Below are positions 61,621 to 64,000 of a DNA stretch of 64,000 bases, one piece after another (the first letter of the stretch is position 1; each line of letters begins with the position of its first letter). The notes beneath the pieces were generated by a model. It was not told the DNA's origin. It saw nothing but the letters and a program-made list of their open reading frames with translations, and made no database searches. Where the stretch lies: NCBI GenBank assembly GCA_036172245.1, contig JAYWIR010000030.1:496001-560000 (forward strand), written 5' to 3'. Position numbers and translations under genes: made by a program. The stretch comes from Raillietiella orientalis. Its lineage: Eukaryota.

Positions 61621-62699
61621 GGTCGGGAGCCGGGAAGAGCGCTTATCCTTCTGATGACTCGTCGTACCACGTGGGACTTGTTGTCATGCAGCCTGCCGTT
61701 ACTTGCGCAACCGACAAACACGTGCGCGCGCGCGCCCCCACGGAAACCGTGTTTGCTCGGGCGTCGTCTCACCTTGAGAATTTTTTCCTGCCGCGGAGCG
61801 TTCCCGGGGGCAGTCGTTGAATCCACGGGGGCAGCTGCTTTTTCTTTTCCTTTTTTTTTTTTTATGGCGCGCTCGACCGGTTTCCAAACAGACCCATCGG
61901 ACTCAGCGAGAGAGAAACCACCACGACGGACGACTGCGGCGCGTGCCGGCCCGTGAGACAGTGGTGGCGAATAAACCTTCTGGGAGCATCCCAAGGTCTG
62001 GCTCATCGCGGGGACCCGGACAAGGAGGTGCCGGAGCCGCAGCCGATGCCGGCTGTCGCGAAACTGACGAGATGGTGACTTCTTGAGTGCGTTTCCTTGT
62101 CGGCAAAACACGTGCCAGAGCTCAGGGGCATCGGACAAGCGCTTTGCCGAAACACTCTCCGCTATCCCTTCGGGAGGGCTCCGGAACCCAAGTCTGTGGT
62201 GGTGACGGCTCCAAACTCATCTCCCCCGCATCACCTCCAAAGAAAAAAAAAAAATGGAAGCGACAGCAGGAACTTTCAGCAAAGGCTTGCCAGATAGGGT
62301 GCTTCGCTCACGAACGCGCAAGTCACGTGACACTTCCCTGCCTTCGTAGGTGTAGCTGCTGCTGTTGCTGCCCTTCTCGTCTGCGCACCGAAGGGTGCGG
62401 TGGCCGTGGACACGAAAAAGGAAAGAAACAAAGAAACCCTTTCAGAAGGCGCCTGCCGTAGACATCTTCGCTCGCAGGAAAAATTCCCTCGAGGCATGGA
62501 TGGTGTCAGAAGTGGCAACTGGCAGCAATGGTCGAGCGATTCGGAATAAAGGAAAGAAAAGTGAAAGTAACGAGAAAGGGGAAGTGAAGTGAACCAGGTA
62601 ACGACTCGAACGCGAGCGGCCGTGTTAACCGGCACGGCGAGCCGGATTCCTGTGAGCTGCTCCCAGAGAAATGTGGTCTCGGAAACCGAGTCAGCTCGG

Positions 62700-62800
62700 T
62701 TGCCATGACGCGAAAGCAGGCGCGCAAGTTCTTCATCTGCCGCCGGCATGGAGGGGAGGAGGGGCATCGGACGCAGGACTGCGAGCGGTCGGAGCGCCAG
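62700..62800 (+). mobile_element. ORF1-type zinc-knuckle remnant
   Basis: FFICRRHGGEEGHRTQDCE approximates C-x2-C-x4-H-x4-C. Confidence 0.4.
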
Positions 62801-62899
62801 CATTCAGCAGTGGAGAGGGCACGATCCGGAAAGGATGGGGTCGACTTCCCCCTCCCTTCCTCTACGGGGAAGAAGGAGGAGTTCTTTCTTCATGGTGTG

Positions 62900-63620
62900 A
62901 GGCGACGCGATCAGCTGCTCTTGTTCTTCATCATCCTGACGTAGAAAGGGCGATCGTATCGGTGGGAAGGATGGACACGAGCCAAAGAAAGTTCCCGTAC
63001 CGCCCTCAGGAAAGAGCACGGAGCCACCGCTTGGCCCGCGTTGGCGGTCCCGTGGCTGGCGGTCTCCGCGCGCGTGGCACCGAGCGTCGCGGGTTCGAAT
63101 CCTCACGTGGAGGATTGACGTCAGAGAGAATGGGGGCGCGTCGTGGGTTTCGGGTTCTCCCCGCGCTGGTGGCCGGGAATTGACAACTGTTCCTCCGATG
63201 TCCTTCCATAAATCAAAGAGTCCTTCGGGGCTCACCCTCCGGTTGTGCAAACGGAGCCGTACCATGGCAACCAGCTCCATGGTACTCCATCTCGTACCAT
63301 GGAACTGACGGATCAATACCTCCGCAGAACTTCAAGAAGCGCGCTGCTCCCTTCGGGGAGAGACCCTTCAGAGAAATTGGGAAGCGTCCCTACGGAGTTC
63401 TCTTCAAAAGAGAGGCTCCCTCCGGGTAGTCCCTCTGGAGAGAACAAGGAAGAGGTGGTTTCCTTCGGGGTTCCAAGCGTAAGAGGGACGGACTCTTTCC
63501 TCCGAAACCTCTCTGGATTCACAGGGTGGTCTCCTCCTGGGGTACCCCTAACTTGAAGAGACGGAAAGAAGAACTCCGTCCGATAAATCGACACTCCGGT
63601 TGCTTGGAGACGATCCTTGG
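62900..63620 (-). mobile_element. Degenerate L1/Tx1-like ORF2 fragment (array-bearing subfamily)
   Basis: ORF 62804-63316(-): QFHGTRWSTMELVAMVRLRL...PEGLFDLWKDIGG...PPFSLTSILHVRIRTRDARCH...FFGSCPSF. Preceded by the array (GTPKETTSSLFSPEG). Confidence 0.65.
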
Positions 63621-64000
63621 CGTCCAAGAGATGTGCACTTCTGAGCAACGAGAGCGGACGGCACTGCTTGCTGTTCGATGTCATCGCAGGACGCGCTGCG
63701 CGGAGGTCGAAGGCGAGCTGCGTCAAGAAGGGCGGGGTAAGCGCGCCCGCCACCCGAGAAGCTGTGGCGTGGAAGCTGAACGGCAGGAGCGGCGGTGAAC
63801 ACCTCCCCCCTCGCGGCCTCCCACCAAAACCGCGCATCCATCTCCGAGGCGCTTGCTGACCTCCCGCGTCACGGGAGGGTGGTCAGCAGGCGCCTCGTAG
63901 TCGCGCCACAGGACGGAACAGACCGCGGAATTCTCCCCATTGCTGGACCGCTCGCCCGCTCGGGACCGAGTCATTCCTTCCTCCGCTTTGGCCCTTCCAG

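Noticed and set aside
63050..63115. tRNA-derived SINE head: B-box-like GTTCGAATCC at 12409 and 63093, and on the minus strand at 18015, 55355 and 61533
   Set aside because: On the opposite strand the motif is the codons for G/R-I-R-T within a conserved LINE ORF2 peptide (FS..ILH.GIRT.DARCH), with synonymous third-position variation, leading into zf-RVT. There is no complete cloverleaf.

Overview
Eukaryotic, most likely arthropod, genomic DNA. The species cannot be determined from the sequence. The only firmly supported host genes are a head-to-tail pair of spliced group I chitin deacetylase genes on the + strand: a CDA1/serpentine-type gene (30370-33245, 6 exons, 532 aa) and a CDA2/vermiform-type gene (36537-41203, 9 exons, 541 aa). 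Each encodes a signal peptide, chitin-binding domain, LDLa repeat and CE4 deacetylase domain, and both models splice in phase through canonical GT-AG introns. The GC-rich flanks (~11-27 kb and ~47-64 kb) are a dense field of decayed L1/Tx1-like non-LTR retrotransposon fragments: one RT YADD segment, many zf-RVT/3' ends and several ORF1 zinc-knuckle remnants. Most ORFs in the supplied track are GC-rich shadows. I found no clearly new gene system. The most interesting signals are: (i) a covarying stem-loop with a (C/T)TGCGT loop plus an AATAAAC-hairpin end with no poly(A), shared by divergent LINE tails; (ii) a ~1.39 kb near-identical inverted duplication of an already dead LINE piece plus its flank, bracketing the CDA locus; (iii) a CDA2 that has lost essentially all metal and catalytic residues and lacks the usual alternative exon 3; (iv) a variable ~40-bp tandem array inside one LINE subfamily's ORF2. 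TE fragment boundaries are approximate (aligned by eye).
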